Shown one piece after another: positions 1-10,246 of a stretch of DNA of 64,000 bases; position 1 is the stretch's first letter; every line of letters starts with the position of its first letter. The DNA lies in assembly GCA_977020255.1 (NCBI GenBank), contig CDROCS010000253.1, positions 310,001-374,000 of the forward strand, written 5' to 3'. Both the position numbers and the translations under genes were made by a program. Under the pieces are notes generated by a model, which saw only the letters and a program-made list of their open reading frames with translations, was not told the origin of the DNA and ran no database searches. Source of the stretch: Obrimoposthia wandeli (taxonomy: Eukaryota).

Positions 1-212
1 ATAGAAGCTGCCCAGACGCTTGGTATGAAAACATTACGTTGTTTATCTACTACTATTTCTTGGGGCTTACGGTTGATGGCTCGCTCAATACCTGACCATA
101 AATCTCGTTCTGGTGTCATTTCAATGGGTAACGCTGCCACTTGCTCTGCGAGTGTTTTATCTGAAATTTCATTATTTAAATGCATGTGGTCTTGAGGGTT
201 GTATTTACTCAT
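1..212 (-). CDS. Putative anti-sigma factor, N-terminal part (gene runs off the left edge)
   Basis: Manual translation from ATG at 212: MSKYNPQDHMHLNNEISDKTLAEQVAALPIEMTPERDLWSGIERAINRKPQ..., open to the window edge. Start overlaps the ECF sigma stop (ATGAGTAA). The P-x-RDLW-x-GI motif is typical of proteins encoded after ECF sigmas in marine gammaproteobacteria. Confidence 0.7.
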   Translation of the reverse strand, partial: MSKYNPQDHMHLNNEISDKTLAEQVAALPIEMTPERDLWSGIERAINRKPQEIVVDKQRNVFIPSVWAAS

Positions 213-858
213 GATTTATTTCCTCCTCAATCGATACAAAGCCATTAGCTAGTAATGATTCCTTTAATAAACTTCTCGCTCTGTGGTATTGCGATTTACT
301 TGAACCTACTGCCATTTTTAACATTATGGAAATTTCCTCATGACGATAGCCTTCAACAGCAAACAAAACAAAAACTAAGCGTGCTCGTTCAGGTAAACGC
401 GCAATGTGCTGGTCTAATAAAGTGAGCGTTGAATCATCAGTTAAACTAACACTCGGCTCTTGGACACTTGCCCCTTGCTCTTCAATACTAAAAACACGCT
501 GTAACCAGTTTTTATGCTTGCGTAAGTGTCCCAACACTACATTGGTCGCGACACTGTGTAGCCAAGTACTAAATTTACTTTCGCCCCGAAAATTATTAAT
601 CTTTTGCCACAGCACAACAAAGACTTCCTGACAGACATCTTCAGCACTGTCTTTATCTGCCAGCATTCGCCAACACAAGGCATAAATTCGCCTATGGTGC
701 TTTTCATAGAGCTGATAAAACGCCGTTTGCGATCCTTGCTTGGTTTGTGCTATCCATGCCTGTTCATCGTCACTATCACCGCAGTAATGATCTTTATTGG
801 TACTAAAGCGTGCCTTTAGGTCGATGACTTTTTTATCTGGTCTTATTTGGCTATCCAA
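205..858 (-). CDS. ECF-type RNA polymerase sigma factor (sigma-70 family)
   Basis: Region 2 (AEDVCQEVFVVLWQKINNFRGESKFSTWLHSVATN) and region 4 (EEISIMLKMAVGSSKSQYHRARSLL) motifs. Confidence 0.93.
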   Translation of the reverse strand: MDSQIRPDKKVIDLKARFSTNKDHYCGDSDDEQAWIAQTKQGSQTAFYQLYEKHHRRIYALCWRMLADKDSAEDVCQEVFVVLWQKINNFRGESKFSTWLHSVATNVVLGHLRKHKNWLQRVFSIEEQGASVQEPSVSLTDDSTLTLLDQHIARLPERARLVFVLFAVEGYRHEEISIMLKMAVGSSKSQYHRARSLLKESLLANGFVSIEEEINHE

Positions 859-942
859 AAGCTAAAGCCTCTGTTTGGTTCAAAATAATTATCCAATATA
901 GTTATCTAAAATAGTTGTCTAAAATAATATGCAATATTAACT

Positions 943-969
943 AAGATACCTAATTCGATGAAAAGGTTT
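943..969 (-). promoter_or_regulatory. Candidate ECF (autoregulatory) promoter
   Basis: Minus strand AAACC-N16-TATCTT upstream of the ECF sigma gene. Resembles ECF -35/-10 spacing; weak and inferential. Confidence 0.3.
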
Positions 970-1111
970 AAAGAGTATTTTATTAAATGATAAAAAAGTA
1001 AACAACAGTAGTAGACGCGCCTTTTCGTCTCGATGACAAATTGTCGCTAACCTAGATGATACAATTAATTACAGTGTAAATATCGAAGTAAACTCGCTCA
1101 ATTAGCAGGCA

Positions 1112-1141
1112 CAAAAAAAGCGCCAACAGGCGCTTTTTTTA
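1112..1141. terminator. Intrinsic terminator downstream of rpmE (bidirectional geometry)
   Basis: AAAAAAAGCGCC-AACA-GGCGCTTTTTTT. Confidence 0.85.
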
Positions 1142-1167
1142 TGTCTATTACAAATAATAAGAAGTAT

Positions 1168-1380
1168 TTACTTCTTACCAATTGTAGCAAAACGTTTGTT
1201 GAATTTATCAACACGACCACCGGTCTCAGCAGCTTTTTGCTTACCAGTGTAAAATGGGTGACAAGCAGAACATACGTCTAGGTGAATATCTTTACCTATA
1301 GTAGAACGAGTTGTTACAACATTGCCACAAGAACAGGTCGCTTTAAATTCAGCATACTTAGGATGAATATCTTTTTTCAT
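1168..1380 (-). CDS. rpmE: 50S ribosomal protein L31 (zinc-binding type)
   Basis: MKKDIHPKY...CSCG...[15 protein letters not shown]...[11 protein letters not shown]. The real start is the ATG at 1380 (GAGG RBS), not the track start at 1431. Confidence 0.97.
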   Translation of the reverse strand: MKKDIHPKYAEFKATCSCGNVVTTRSTIGKDIHLDVCSACHPFYTGKQKAAETGGRVDKFNKRFATIGKK

Positions 1381-1526
1381 GGGAACCTCTATCTCTTTAA
1401 AGAGAAATTGGGCGCATCGCCACTTAGCCATTTACTCATTGTTTACTTTCAAAATATACTCTTGAAGAGTTCATTCTATTAAGAAAACCGAAATGCCAAG
1501 CACCATACGTAGTTAAAAATTAATGG
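1381..1526 (-). promoter_or_regulatory. rpmE 5' leader, probable bL31 autoregulatory element
   Basis: Minus strand CGTATGGTGCTTGGC...GGCTAAGTGGCGATGCGCCC...GAGGTTCCCATG resembles the enterobacterial rpmE leader as I recall it. Not computed. Confidence 0.45.
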
Positions 1527-1532
1527 GGGCGA

Positions 1533-1561
1533 ATAATAAATGATAGCCTAAATAACTGCAA
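1533..1561 (-). promoter_or_regulatory. Candidate sigma-70 promoter of rpmE
   Basis: TTGCAG-N17-TATTAT on the minus strand. Confidence 0.5.
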
Positions 1562-1697
1562 CATAAATAAGCCAAAATAGACTAATAAAAGACTAGTTAG
1601 GCTTATTTAGAAAGAAAGCAATATTGGTACTTGGCAGTATTCATTACACGGGGCAAAATAGCACTAACCATTGTTAACCAAAATCTGCTGATTAAAA

Positions 1698-3908
1698 GTG
1701 CCTGAACAATACATTCAAGTTGCGATTCCTGTCCCTATGCGACAGCTATTTACTTATCGAGTGCCAGAAGCACTATCCGATCCTGCTATTGAAGTTGGCG
1801 AGCGTGTCGCTGTATCTTTTGGCCCGCGAAAAGTGATTGGTATTGTTATTGACGCACAAGCACAATGTGATTTTGAGGTGAGTAAAGTTAAAAACATTAC
1901 CGCCCGTCTTAATGATAATTTTAATCTAAGTAAATCACTGGTTAGCTTTTTACAATTATGCGCTCATTATTACCACCACCCCGTTGGCGATGTTTTCCAG
2001 CAAGCCTTGCCGATTTTACTGCGAAAAATAGAAAATATTACCTTAAGCCCACCTATGGTATGGCAAGCGCAACCCTCAAATGAAGATAACAAAGACGTAT
2101 TATTCAAATTAGAGAAAAAAGCCGCTAAACAATACGCACTATATCAAATAATTAACAATCACCGTGGTATCAGTTGGGTAGAACTGCGCACATTGGGCTA
2201 TAGCAAAGCACAATTAAATGCATTACTGAGTAAAGACTTAATCATTGAGCAAGAACAGATAGCTAGCCAATATATGTGGCAAGAGGATACGCTTAATAAG
2301 GCTGATAAGTTAGTGCTTTCAAGTGAGCAAGCCATCATTGTCAGTGCAATAAATCATTCCTTAGCACAGTTTTCTTGTCACCTTATTGATGGGGTTACTG
2401 GCAGCGGTAAAACAGAAGTGTATTTGCAAGCCATGGAAGAGGTACTTGCCAATAATCAGCAAGTATTAGTGATAGTGCCGGAAATTGGCTTAACACCACA
2501 AACGTTAAACCGCTTTGAACAACGTTTTAACGTGCCTATTGCTCTACACCACTCAGGGCTAAATGATAAAGAACGTTTAGCCACATGGTTGAGCGCTCAC
2601 CAAGGCAGTGCGGCTATTGTTATTGGCACTCGTTCAGCAATTTTTACCCCCTTACACCGTCTTGGTTTGATCATAATAGATGAAGAACATGACTCGTCAT
2701 TAAAACAGCAAGATAGTTTTCGCTACCATGGCCGAGATATGGCGATACTTCGCGCTAGACAGCTTGATATTCCTATTGTATTGGGCACCGCTACGCCAAG
2801 CTTTGAGTCTTTACAAAATGCTTTATCAGGAAAATATAGTTACCACCAACTGCATAATAGAGCAGGTAAAAGTAACAAAGCTAAAATAGCGCTTATTGAT
2901 ATGAATCAGCAACAAGTTGAGTTTGGTTTATCTGGCACACTTAAACATGAAATGAAAAAAACCTTAGCGCGTGGTGAACAAGTATTATTGTTTTTAAATC
3001 GACGAGGTTATGCGCCAGCAATTAATTGTCAAGAATGTCATTGGCTTGCTGAGTGTCAGCGTTGTGATAAACCTTATACTTTACACCAAAAGCAACAACT
3101 GCTAATTTGTCATCATTGTGGCAGTCAACAGCGCATACCTCCACAGTGCCCTAGTTGTGGTAGTGTTCGTATAGCGCCACTTGGCCAAGGTACAGAGCAA
3201 TTAGAATCGCGTTTAGAAGAATTATTTCCTGATAGTTCTATTGTGCGTATCGATCGAGATAGCACCCGTAAAAAAGGTGAGTTAGCCAAATTATTACAAG
3301 AAGTTACTGATAAAAAACATCAATTATTGGTTGGAACACAGATGTTAGCTAAAGGACATCATTTTCCCGATGTCACTTTAGTGGCTGTGCTCGATGTTGA
3401 TGGTGCTTTATTTAGTTTTGATTTTCGCGCCAGTGAGCAAATGGCTCAGTTACTTATTCAAGTAGCCGGACGCGCCGGACGGGCAAGTAAACCCGGGAAA
3501 GTATTAGTGCAAAGTAACTTTGTTGATCACCCCTTGTTGCAAGATTTAGTACACAACGGTTATCACCATTTTGCCCACCAAGCACTCACTGAACGAAAAC
3601 AGGCACTACTACCGCCTTTTACTTTTCAAGCCTTGCTGCGAGCTGATGCAAATTATCCTTCTTACCCAGAGAAATTTTTACGCGCCTTAACACAACAACG
3701 ACTAGAGGGCTGCGAGTTTGCCGGCCCAGTGCCAGCGGCGATGGAGAAAAAAGCAGGTAAATTTAGATATCACTTGATCATTCAAGCGAAATCACGAAAA
3801 AATTTACATCGTGCTATTTTGCAGTTACTTACGCAAATACCTAAGAATGAATGGCAAGGTAAGGTTCGTTGGAGTTTAGACATCGATCCTATCGACCTTA
3901 ATTGGTAA
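1698..3908 (+). CDS. priA: Primosomal protein N' (replication restart helicase)
   Basis: Walker A GVTGSGKT, DEEH, the Cys-rich zinc cluster, GTQMLAKGHHFP and QVAGRAGR motifs; divergent from rpmE as in enterobacteria. Confidence 0.97.
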   Translation: MPEQYIQVAIPVPMRQLFTYRVPEALSDPAIEVGERVAVSFGPRKVIGIVIDAQAQCDFEVSKVKNITARLNDNFNLSKSLVSFLQLCAHYYHHPVGDVFQQALPILLRKIENITLSPPMVWQAQPSNEDNKDVLFKLEKKAAKQYALYQIINNHRGISWVELRTLGYSKAQLNALLSKDLIIEQEQIASQYMWQEDTLNKADKLVLSSEQAIIVSAINHSLAQFSCHLIDGVTGSGKTEVYLQAMEEVLANNQQVLVIVPEIGLTPQTLNRFEQRFNVPIALHHSGLNDKERLATWLSAHQGSAAIVIGTRSAIFTPLHRLGLIIIDEEHDSSLKQQDSFRYHGRDMAILRARQLDIPIVLGTATPSFESLQNALSGKYSYHQLHNRAGKSNKAKIALIDMNQQQVEFGLSGTLKHEMKKTLARGEQVLLFLNRRGYAPAINCQECHWLAECQRCDKPYTLHQKQQLLICHHCGSQQRIPPQCPSCGSVRIAPLGQGTEQLESRLEELFPDSSIVRIDRDSTRKKGELAKLLQEVTDKKHQLLVGTQMLAKGHHFPDVTLVAVLDVDGALFSFDFRASEQMAQLLIQVAGRAGRASKPGKVLVQSNFVDHPLLQDLVHNGYHHFAHQALTERKQALLPPFTFQALLRADANYPSYPEKFLRALTQQRLEGCEFAGPVPAAMEKKAGKFRYHLIIQAKSRKNLHRAILQLLTQIPKNEWQGKVRWSLDIDPIDLNW

Positions 3909-3993
3909 CAAAAAAGCCTAAGGTAACCGTGTTTTTTTATGTCAGCTCGGTTACACTAGCTAAAATTTTCCTCTTAGCGACTCTCCGCATTTC

Positions 3994-4569
3994 ATGGCTA
4001 ATCAAGATTACGTTTCCCGCGCACCTGCAAAAAAGAAAAAGAATAACCGTAATGGTAAAAAAACAGCAAACAATTCCAGCGCAATTCCATTTAAGGCAAA
4101 ATTAGTCAGCCTATTACTTCTAATATTAATTGCTGCCTTCTCTTATGGTTTATGGTCATTAAAAACCGATCCCAGCACTAAGACACCGTTAGTTGAACCG
4201 GTTAAAATCACAAAAGAAACAAAATCATTAAACAAAACCAATGAATTACCTAAGCCACCTAAAGAAAAATGGACTTATGTTAAAGATTTAGAAACCAAAG
4301 AGATTGAAGTAGGTGAGTACAAGGTTGAAGCAAAAGGCCCATATAAAATGCAATGTGGTTCATTCAAAACACAGAAGCAAGCTGAAACATTAAAAGCACG
4401 AATAGCCTTTTCAGGACTCGAAGCACAAATAAAAAGCGTGGCGGGTAAAAATGGCACCTGGCATAAAGTTTTCTTAGGCCCTTACCCTCGTAAACGCCTT
4501 GCTGAAAAAGATAAACATAAGCTTAAACGTAATAATATTAATTACTGTCAAATTTGGTTATGGCGATAA
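3994..4569 (+). CDS. ftsN: Cell division protein FtsN-like (N-terminal TM, C-terminal SPOR domain)
   Basis: MANQDYVSR N-terminus, one TM helix, SPOR-like QCGSFKTQKQAETLKARIAFSG; lies between priA and hslV. Confidence 0.8.
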   Translation: MANQDYVSRAPAKKKKNNRNGKKTANNSSAIPFKAKLVSLLLLILIAAFSYGLWSLKTDPSTKTPLVEPVKITKETKSLNKTNELPKPPKEKWTYVKDLETKEIEVGEYKVEAKGPYKMQCGSFKTQKQAETLKARIAFSGLEAQIKSVAGKNGTWHKVFLGPYPRKRLAEKDKHKLKRNNINYCQIWLWR

Positions 4570-4583
4570 TATTCATCTCAATC

Positions 4584-4610
4584 CTTGAAAAAATCATAAA
4601 GACCCCAATT
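4584..4610 (+). promoter_or_regulatory. Sigma-32 (RpoH) heat-shock promoter of hslVU
   Basis: CTTGAA-N13-CCCCAATT, close to the RpoH consensus, about 40 nt upstream of hslV. Confidence 0.8.
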
Positions 4611-4648
4611 ACATTAACATCAAAGAATTGAGTTAAAATGAGGTTAAT

Positions 4649-5167
4649 GTGACTACTATTGTTTCAGTTAGACGTAATGGCAAAGTGGCTATTGGTGGAG
4701 ATGGTCAAGTATCTCTTGGCAATACAGTAATGAAGGGCAATGCCCGTAAAGTGCGTCGTTTATATAATGGTAAAGTACTCGCTGGTTTTGCTGGTGGCAC
4801 TGCCGATGCTTTTACATTATTCGAACGTTTTGAAAGTAAACTTGAACAACATCAAGGTCACTTAACCAAAGCCGCCGTCGAGCTTGCTAAAGACTGGCGC
4901 AGTGACCGAGCATTAAGAAAACTTGAAGCCTTACTTGCTGTCGCTGATGAAACAGCATCATTAATCATTACTGGTAATGGCGATGTTATTCAGCCTGAAC
5001 ATGATCTTATAGCTATAGGTAGTGGCGGTAACTTTGCCCAATCTGCCGCAACGGCCCTCTTAGAAAATACTGACTTAAGTGCTAAAGAAATAGTAGAAAA
5101 ATCACTTACTATTGCTGGCAACATCTGTGTATTTACCAACCAAGAGCAGACTATAGACGAACTATAG
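4649..5167 (+). CDS. hslV: ATP-dependent protease peptidase subunit HslV
   Basis: N-terminal MTTI nucleophile, [20 protein letters not shown]. Confidence 0.98.
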   Translation: MTTIVSVRRNGKVAIGGDGQVSLGNTVMKGNARKVRRLYNGKVLAGFAGGTADAFTLFERFESKLEQHQGHLTKAAVELAKDWRSDRALRKLEALLAVADETASLIITGNGDVIQPEHDLIAIGSGGNFAQSAATALLENTDLSAKEIVEKSLTIAGNICVFTNQEQTIDEL

Positions 5168-5217
5168 CCTTAAGCTGAAACTGATTAACTGCTGCTTGAG
5201 TATGAGTAAAACACTCC

Positions 5218-5373
5218 TATAGCAATTAAATTAATAGAGCCATTTTTAGTGAGGATAGATTTTCAAAAGCAAGGCACTTGATTAAGCAATAGCGAGCTAT
5301 TGGGATTGAAAGTAACGATGTTATTGGACATTTAGAGCATTTAAAAAGATCACTTAGTTAGTTTACTTGGTAT
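5218..5373. repeat. TA-flanked intergenic repeat, medium type (156 bp)
   Basis: Imperfect terminal inverted repeats (TATAGCAATTAAATT...AGTTTACTTGGTAT). The internal GCAAGGCACTTGATT...AATAGC..GCTATTGGGATTGAAAGTAACGA..TTATTG block matches 22453-22612. Confidence 0.8.
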
Positions 5374-5396
5374 TCGGCAACAACAAGGAATAAATA

Positions 5397-6728
5397 ATGT
5401 CAAATATGACCCCACGCGAAATAGTTCATGAATTAGACAGCCACATTGTTGGTCAAAGTGATGCCAAACGTGCTGTTGCCATCGCCCTTAGAAACCGCTG
5501 GCGTAGAATGCAACTTGATAAAGATTTACGTAATGAAGTTACCCCTAAGAATATATTAATGATAGGGCCAACGGGTGTTGGTAAAACTGAAATAGCTCGC
5601 CGTTTGGCAAAGCTTGCTCATGCCCCCTTTATCAAAGTAGAAGCAACTAAGTTCACAGAAGTTGGCTATGTTGGTAAAGAAGTAGAGACTATTATTCGCG
5701 ATCTTGCCGACATGGCAATCAAAATGGTTAAAGAAAGTGAGATGGATCGTGTTAAACATCTTGCTGAAGAAGCCGCTGAAGAGCGTATTTTAGATGTACT
5801 TTTACCTCCAGCTCGTGACAATTTTGGCAATGATGAAAAAAGTGATGATAGCAATACTCGTCAAATTTTCCGTAAAAAGTTACGTGAAGGTAAATTAGAT
5901 GATAAAGAAATTGAACTTGATTTAGCCGCGTCACAAGTTGGTGTTGAGATAATGGCGCCTCCGGGTATGGAAGACATGACCTCACAATTACAAAACATGT
6001 TCCAAAGCATGTCGAGTGATAAAACCAACAAACGTAAGCTTAACATTAAAGATGCTCTTAAAGCTTTGCAAGAAGAAGAAGCCGCTAAAATAGTTAACCA
6101 AGATGACATTAAGCAAAAGGCCATTTATGCCGTAGAACAAAATGGTATTGTCTTTATCGATGAAATTGACAAAATTTGTAAGCGTGCCGATAACTCTGGT
6201 GGTGGAGATGTTTCTCGTGAAGGTGTTCAACGCGATTTACTGCCGTTAGTTGAAGGTTCAACGGTAAGCACTAAACATGGCATGATCAAAACAGATCACA
6301 TCTTATTTATTGCCTCTGGTGCCTTTCAAATGACTAAGCCATCTGACTTAATCCCAGAATTACAAGGTCGCTTACCTATACGCGTAGAATTACAGGCATT
6401 AACCGCCGATGATTTTGTTCGCATTTTAACAGAGCCTTTTGCTTCACTTACTGAGCAATATATAGCATTACTCGCTACTGAGGGTGTGTCAGTAACCTTT
6501 ACCGATGATGGTATTAAGGCTATTGCTGATTCAGCTTGGCAAGTTAATGAGACGACAGAAAATATTGGTGCTCGTCGTTTACATACGATGATGGAACGTT
6601 TGGTTGAAGACTTATCATTTAATGCAGACCAACGCAGTGGTGAGACGATCAGCATAGACAAAGCTTATGTTACTAAAATATTAAGTGAAGTTGTTAAAGA
6701 CGAAGATTTAAGTCGTTTTATTCTTTAA
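5397..6728 (+). CDS. hslU: ATP-dependent protease ATPase subunit HslU
   Basis: [47 protein letters not shown]. Confidence 0.98.
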   Translation: MSNMTPREIVHELDSHIVGQSDAKRAVAIALRNRWRRMQLDKDLRNEVTPKNILMIGPTGVGKTEIARRLAKLAHAPFIKVEATKFTEVGYVGKEVETIIRDLADMAIKMVKESEMDRVKHLAEEAAEERILDVLLPPARDNFGNDEKSDDSNTRQIFRKKLREGKLDDKEIELDLAASQVGVEIMAPPGMEDMTSQLQNMFQSMSSDKTNKRKLNIKDALKALQEEEAAKIVNQDDIKQKAIYAVEQNGIVFIDEIDKICKRADNSGGGDVSREGVQRDLLPLVEGSTVSTKHGMIKTDHILFIASGAFQMTKPSDLIPELQGRLPIRVELQALTADDFVRILTEPFASLTEQYIALLATEGVSVTFTDDGIKAIADSAWQVNETTENIGARRLHTMMERLVEDLSFNADQRSGETISIDKAYVTKILSEVVKDEDLSRFIL

Positions 6729-6747
6729 TAACTATACTTATTACGTG

Positions 6748-6783
6748 ATACCAATTGGACTAATTTACTGTTCCTTTTGGTAT
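6748..6783. repeat. 36-bp minimal palindromic repeat
   Basis: ATACCAATTGGACTAATTTACTGTTCCTTTTGGTAT; near-identical to 14727-14762 and to the ends of the 32631-32896 element. Confidence 0.75.
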
Positions 6784-6827
6784 TAACTAAGTTAAAGTAA
6801 AATAATTAAATACGATGGTTTACTAGC

Positions 6828-7217
6828 ATGAAAATTACCCGCTTTATTATAGATAATGCCCTACATAGCCTAACTATCGAGTTCTCTGCTAGTGAGAATA
6901 TAGCGAATACGCAACTTAGCTTTGAATATTTGCGTATTAGCGCTGATGCAAACTCAGCTAAAAAGCTAAAAGTAGGCCAAGCTCAATCACCGACTCAAGT
7001 TACCAGCCATAAAAAAGATGTGCTTTTAGTCAATATTGAGAGTGTCGCTAAGCATGGTTATCGCTTGATTTTCGATGACGCCCATAGCGCTATTCTTAGT
7101 GAAGAATATATCCAAACATTGGCACTTGAATATAAAGAACGATGGCAAAGTTATTTAAATGAATTAAAAAGTAGCGGTCACTCCCGTGAAGCAATGATTG
7201 ATATTAAACAATTGTAA
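6828..7217 (+). CDS. DUF971 / gamma-butyrobetaine hydroxylase-like N-terminal domain protein
   Basis: LSFEYLRIS...IESVAKHGYRLIFDDAHS...WQSYLNELK pattern; position after hslU fits this family. Confidence 0.7.
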   Translation: MKITRFIIDNALHSLTIEFSASENIANTQLSFEYLRISADANSAKKLKVGQAQSPTQVTSHKKDVLLVNIESVAKHGYRLIFDDAHSAILSEEYIQTLALEYKERWQSYLNELKSSGHSREAMIDIKQL

Positions 7218-7267
7218 AGAACTAATTTAAGCGACCCTATACGGGCTTTACGTTTTAAGCCCAATAC

Positions 7268-7303
7268 CAACGCCCTAACTCTCAAAGAGTCAGGGCGTTT
7301 TTA
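7268..7303. terminator. Intrinsic terminator between convergent DUF971 and MCP genes
   Basis: AACGCCCTAACTC-TCAAA-GAGTCAGGGCGTTTTT. Confidence 0.75.
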
Positions 7304-7326
7304 TTTACCTCGTTCATAGGATAGCC

Positions 7327-9186
7327 TTAGACAGTAAAGCGGCTAACCTCTGTAGTAAGTACTTGTGCCTGTTGTGACAACTCTTCACTCATCTGCTCAT
7401 TTTGTTTAGCTGAAGCCCCTGATTGTTCTGTCACATCTCTGATCATCACTACGTGTTCATTAACTTCTGAAGCAACGGTACTTTGTTCTTGAATAGCCGT
7501 GGCAATGGCACTATTCATATCCATAATTAAAGCGACATCTTGTGTTATTTCATCAAGCATTGCCCCAGCAGAACTTGCTTGTTCAGCACTTTCTTCACCC
7601 TGATCGCGGCATTGAGCCATTAAGGAGACTATCTCTTGAGTACGCTTTTGCAATAAACCGATAATTGTTTCTATTTCTTGCGTTGAGTCTTGGGTTCGAC
7701 TGGCGAGTGTTCTTACTTCATCAGCTACGACAGCAAAACCACGACCTTGCTCTCCGGCTCTTGCCGCTTCTATTGCCGCATTTAAGGCCAGTAAATTGGT
7801 TTGTTCGGCAATCCCACGAATAACCCCTAATACCGAGGCAATAGTGACACTTTCTTTTTCTAACTCTTTAACTACATTTTCTGAATCTAATAGCTTTGCT
7901 GATAACTGACCTATTTGATTTATAGTCTGTTCTACTCCTGCCTTACCTTTTCCTGCATTGCTATTCGTTAACTCAGCTTTATGAGCGGCTTCTCGCGTAT
8001 TAGTTGCTATTTCATCTACTGTTGCCACCATTTCGGTTACTGCTGTTGCCACAAGATCAGTTTGTTGCATTTGAGTTTCTACGCCCTCGTTAGCATTGTA
8101 AATATTTTCAGCCAAGCTACCTGTAGCGGTATTGAGTGTGTTTACTGAGTGATTAACTTCTACAATAAGTGATCTGAAGTTGATTAACATTTGGTTAAAT
8201 ACGATTGCCATTTCAGATAATTCATCACCACCACTAACATCTACTTCAATGGTTAAATCATTACTCTGGGCGATACTATTCATAGTAAGCTGCAAGTTAT
8301 TAATTCGGTTCAAGATACTTTTTCCAATCAACCAAGCACTCACCAAAGCTACCACAAGAACTATGGTGAACAGGCTATAAGCCAGTGTGTTAATAAAATC
8401 AACATCTTTTTCCACCGCGGCTTCACTCTTGGATAATAGTTTTTTAAGCTCATTATCAACTTGATGCACTACATTGCGCATCTCATTCATAACGCCCATT
8501 TTCTCATTATAACCAAGCTCTTTTTGGGTTATCACTAAGTTTGAAAAAGCCTGTTGGTAGGCTTTGGTTAGGTTACTAACCTCCTGTTTTTTAGATACAG
8601 ATAAATCACTCGCCTGAACACTAGTAAGTAACTTGCTCACATTTTTATTAAGTTTATCGACATATTTTTCATCGAGGCGTAGCATAAAATCTTTTTCATT
8701 ACGTCTAAGTTGCAGCATTTCACTACGCAAACGGTAATTATCTTTGCCAATAAGTGTCTCAACGCTGTGAACGGCAGTACGAAGTTCTCCGTACAAACCT
8801 GATTTAGCATCTAAGCCGATTTTATTTTGCAAAGCTACAACATTAGTAAATTGAACTTGATATTGTCCAAGAATAGTTCTCATGCTTGCCAGCTCAGGCA
8901 TTGATAAACCAACCTTAGTAAAGTCATCAGATAACGTATTAATTTGATGCTGAACATCTTTCATCTTCTTATTGAATTGGTCTGAATATTTTAATTTTTT
9001 ACGAGCAAAAAAATCTTTTTCGTCGCGCCTTAATTCAAGTACTGAAGCTTTAATATTACCTATATTTTTTGCAATATTAATATCATGTTGTAAAGCTGAA
9101 CTTTCATAGTTAAGCAGCATTAACATTAGGATCATAGCCGACACTAAGATGGCAGTATTGGCTATTAGTTTATTTTTGATAAGCAT
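7327..9186 (-). CDS. Methyl-accepting chemotaxis protein (2 TM, periplasmic sensor, HAMP, signalling domain)
   Basis: [34 protein letters not shown] signature; HAMP-like [13 protein letters not shown]. Confidence 0.97.
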   Translation of the reverse strand: MLIKNKLIANTAILVSAMILMLMLLNYESSALQHDINIAKNIGNIKASVLELRRDEKDFFARKKLKYSDQFNKKMKDVQHQINTLSDDFTKVGLSMPELASMRTILGQYQVQFTNVVALQNKIGLDAKSGLYGELRTAVHSVETLIGKDNYRLRSEMLQLRRNEKDFMLRLDEKYVDKLNKNVSKLLTSVQASDLSVSKKQEVSNLTKAYQQAFSNLVITQKELGYNEKMGVMNEMRNVVHQVDNELKKLLSKSEAAVEKDVDFINTLAYSLFTIVLVVALVSAWLIGKSILNRINNLQLTMNSIAQSNDLTIEVDVSGGDELSEMAIVFNQMLINFRSLIVEVNHSVNTLNTATGSLAENIYNANEGVETQMQQTDLVATAVTEMVATVDEIATNTREAAHKAELTNSNAGKGKAGVEQTINQIGQLSAKLLDSENVVKELEKESVTIASVLGVIRGIAEQTNLLALNAAIEAARAGEQGRGFAVVADEVRTLASRTQDSTQEIETIIGLLQKRTQEIVSLMAQCRDQGEESAEQASSAGAMLDEITQDVALIMDMNSAIATAIQEQSTVASEVNEHVVMIRDVTEQSGASAKQNEQMSEELSQQAQVLTTEVSRFTV

Positions 9187-9370
9187 AGGGTTTAACCTTA
9201 AAATTTAACTTATATAGTATAAAGCGTGAATTAACGGAAGTTTAGCGTATGACTCGCCCGTTTTCACTTTACCTTTCCTATATAGTTTATTGCGATGGTG
9301 GCAACGTGATACAAAGTGTAGAAGCAAAAAATGAAGTATTGTTCAGTTTCTTTGCCGCTATTATAGATCT

Positions 9371-9397
9371 GTATCGGTAAGTATCAGTTTTTTATTA
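9371..9397 (-). promoter_or_regulatory. Candidate sigma-28 (FliA) promoter for the MCP
   Basis: Minus strand TAAT-N15-ACCGATAC versus consensus TAAA-N15-GCCGATAA. Confidence 0.35.
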
Positions 9398-9567
9398 ATT
9401 TTAAATTTTAAAGCACAACAAGTTATCTCTTTATAGCTTGTTATAACATAAGACAAAAACCTAACATTTCACATTAATAACAGTAACTTATAAGTATACC
9501 ACCTAACTTTGGAACTTGGGTTGTTGTAAGTTATTTTTTATTAAAGTATTGCACTGCATGCCCTCCT

Positions 9568-9603
9568 CAGAAGTCACAGAAGTCACAGAAGTCACAGAAG
9601 TCA
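9568..9603. repeat. Perfect 9-bp tandem repeat, 4 copies
   Basis: (CAGAAGTCA)x4, read directly from the sequence. Confidence 0.97.
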
Positions 9604-9700
9604 TCATGTGAATCTAAGCGTTAATATATAATAGGTTTTATTTTTAACATAACAATATATACTGACATAGCCCTTAATCTTCAGACGAAAGAGAACTAGC

Positions 9701-10186
9701 ATGCAATATAACACCTCTCAATTATGTGACTTTTATGCCGATTTAATTGATGTTGTTGATCCGATTTTTTGTAATTATGGTGGTCGCAGTTCATTTGCTG
9801 GCAAAGTTGTTACTTTAAAGTGTTTTGAACATTTAGGTTTGATAAATGAACTTGTTCGTATAGATGGCACAGATAAAGTATTAGTCATTGATGGTGGCGG
9901 ATCCACAAGACGAGCGCTGATTGATGTCAGTATTGCACAATGTGCAGCTGACAATGGTTGGGAAGGGATTGTTTGTTATGGCAGTGTGCGCGATGTAGAT
10001 GCTTTAGAGGTGGTCGATATTGGTATCCAAGCACTCGGGGCAATTCCTGTTGGAGCAAGTGATCAAAATATTGGAGAAACAGATATTGCGATTAATTTTG
10101 CCGGAGTGACTTTATTACCTGATGATTATATCTATGCTGATAATACTGGTATTATATTGTCACCTGAAGCACTCGATATTGAATAA
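9701..10186 (+). CDS. rraA: Regulator of ribonuclease activity A / RraA-like protein
   Basis: [10 protein letters not shown]...[12 protein letters not shown]...[12 protein letters not shown]...YGSVRDVD...[11 protein letters not shown]. Confidence 0.9.
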   Translation: MQYNTSQLCDFYADLIDVVDPIFCNYGGRSSFAGKVVTLKCFEHLGLINELVRIDGTDKVLVIDGGGSTRRALIDVSIAQCAADNGWEGIVCYGSVRDVDALEVVDIGIQALGAIPVGASDQNIGETDIAINFAGVTLLPDDYIYADNTGIILSPEALDIE

Positions 10187-10246
10187 GTTATGGCTAACGT
10201 AATACATTAGCCTTATGACTTAATACCTAATAGTAACTCCTAACAT

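Noticed and set aside
1381-1431. 17-aa N-terminal extension of L31 in the ORF track
   Set aside because: Homology begins at MKKDIHP and there is a GAGG RBS before ATG 1380; the extension is leader sequence.
9568-9603. Tandem repeats (here and at 44756) as CRISPR arrays
   Set aside because: No spacers, units far too short, no cas genes.
1698-10186. Absence of cytR and menA from the priA-ftsN-hslVU-rraA block
   Set aside because: A difference from E. coli order only; probably normal for Alteromonadales and not informative from this window.
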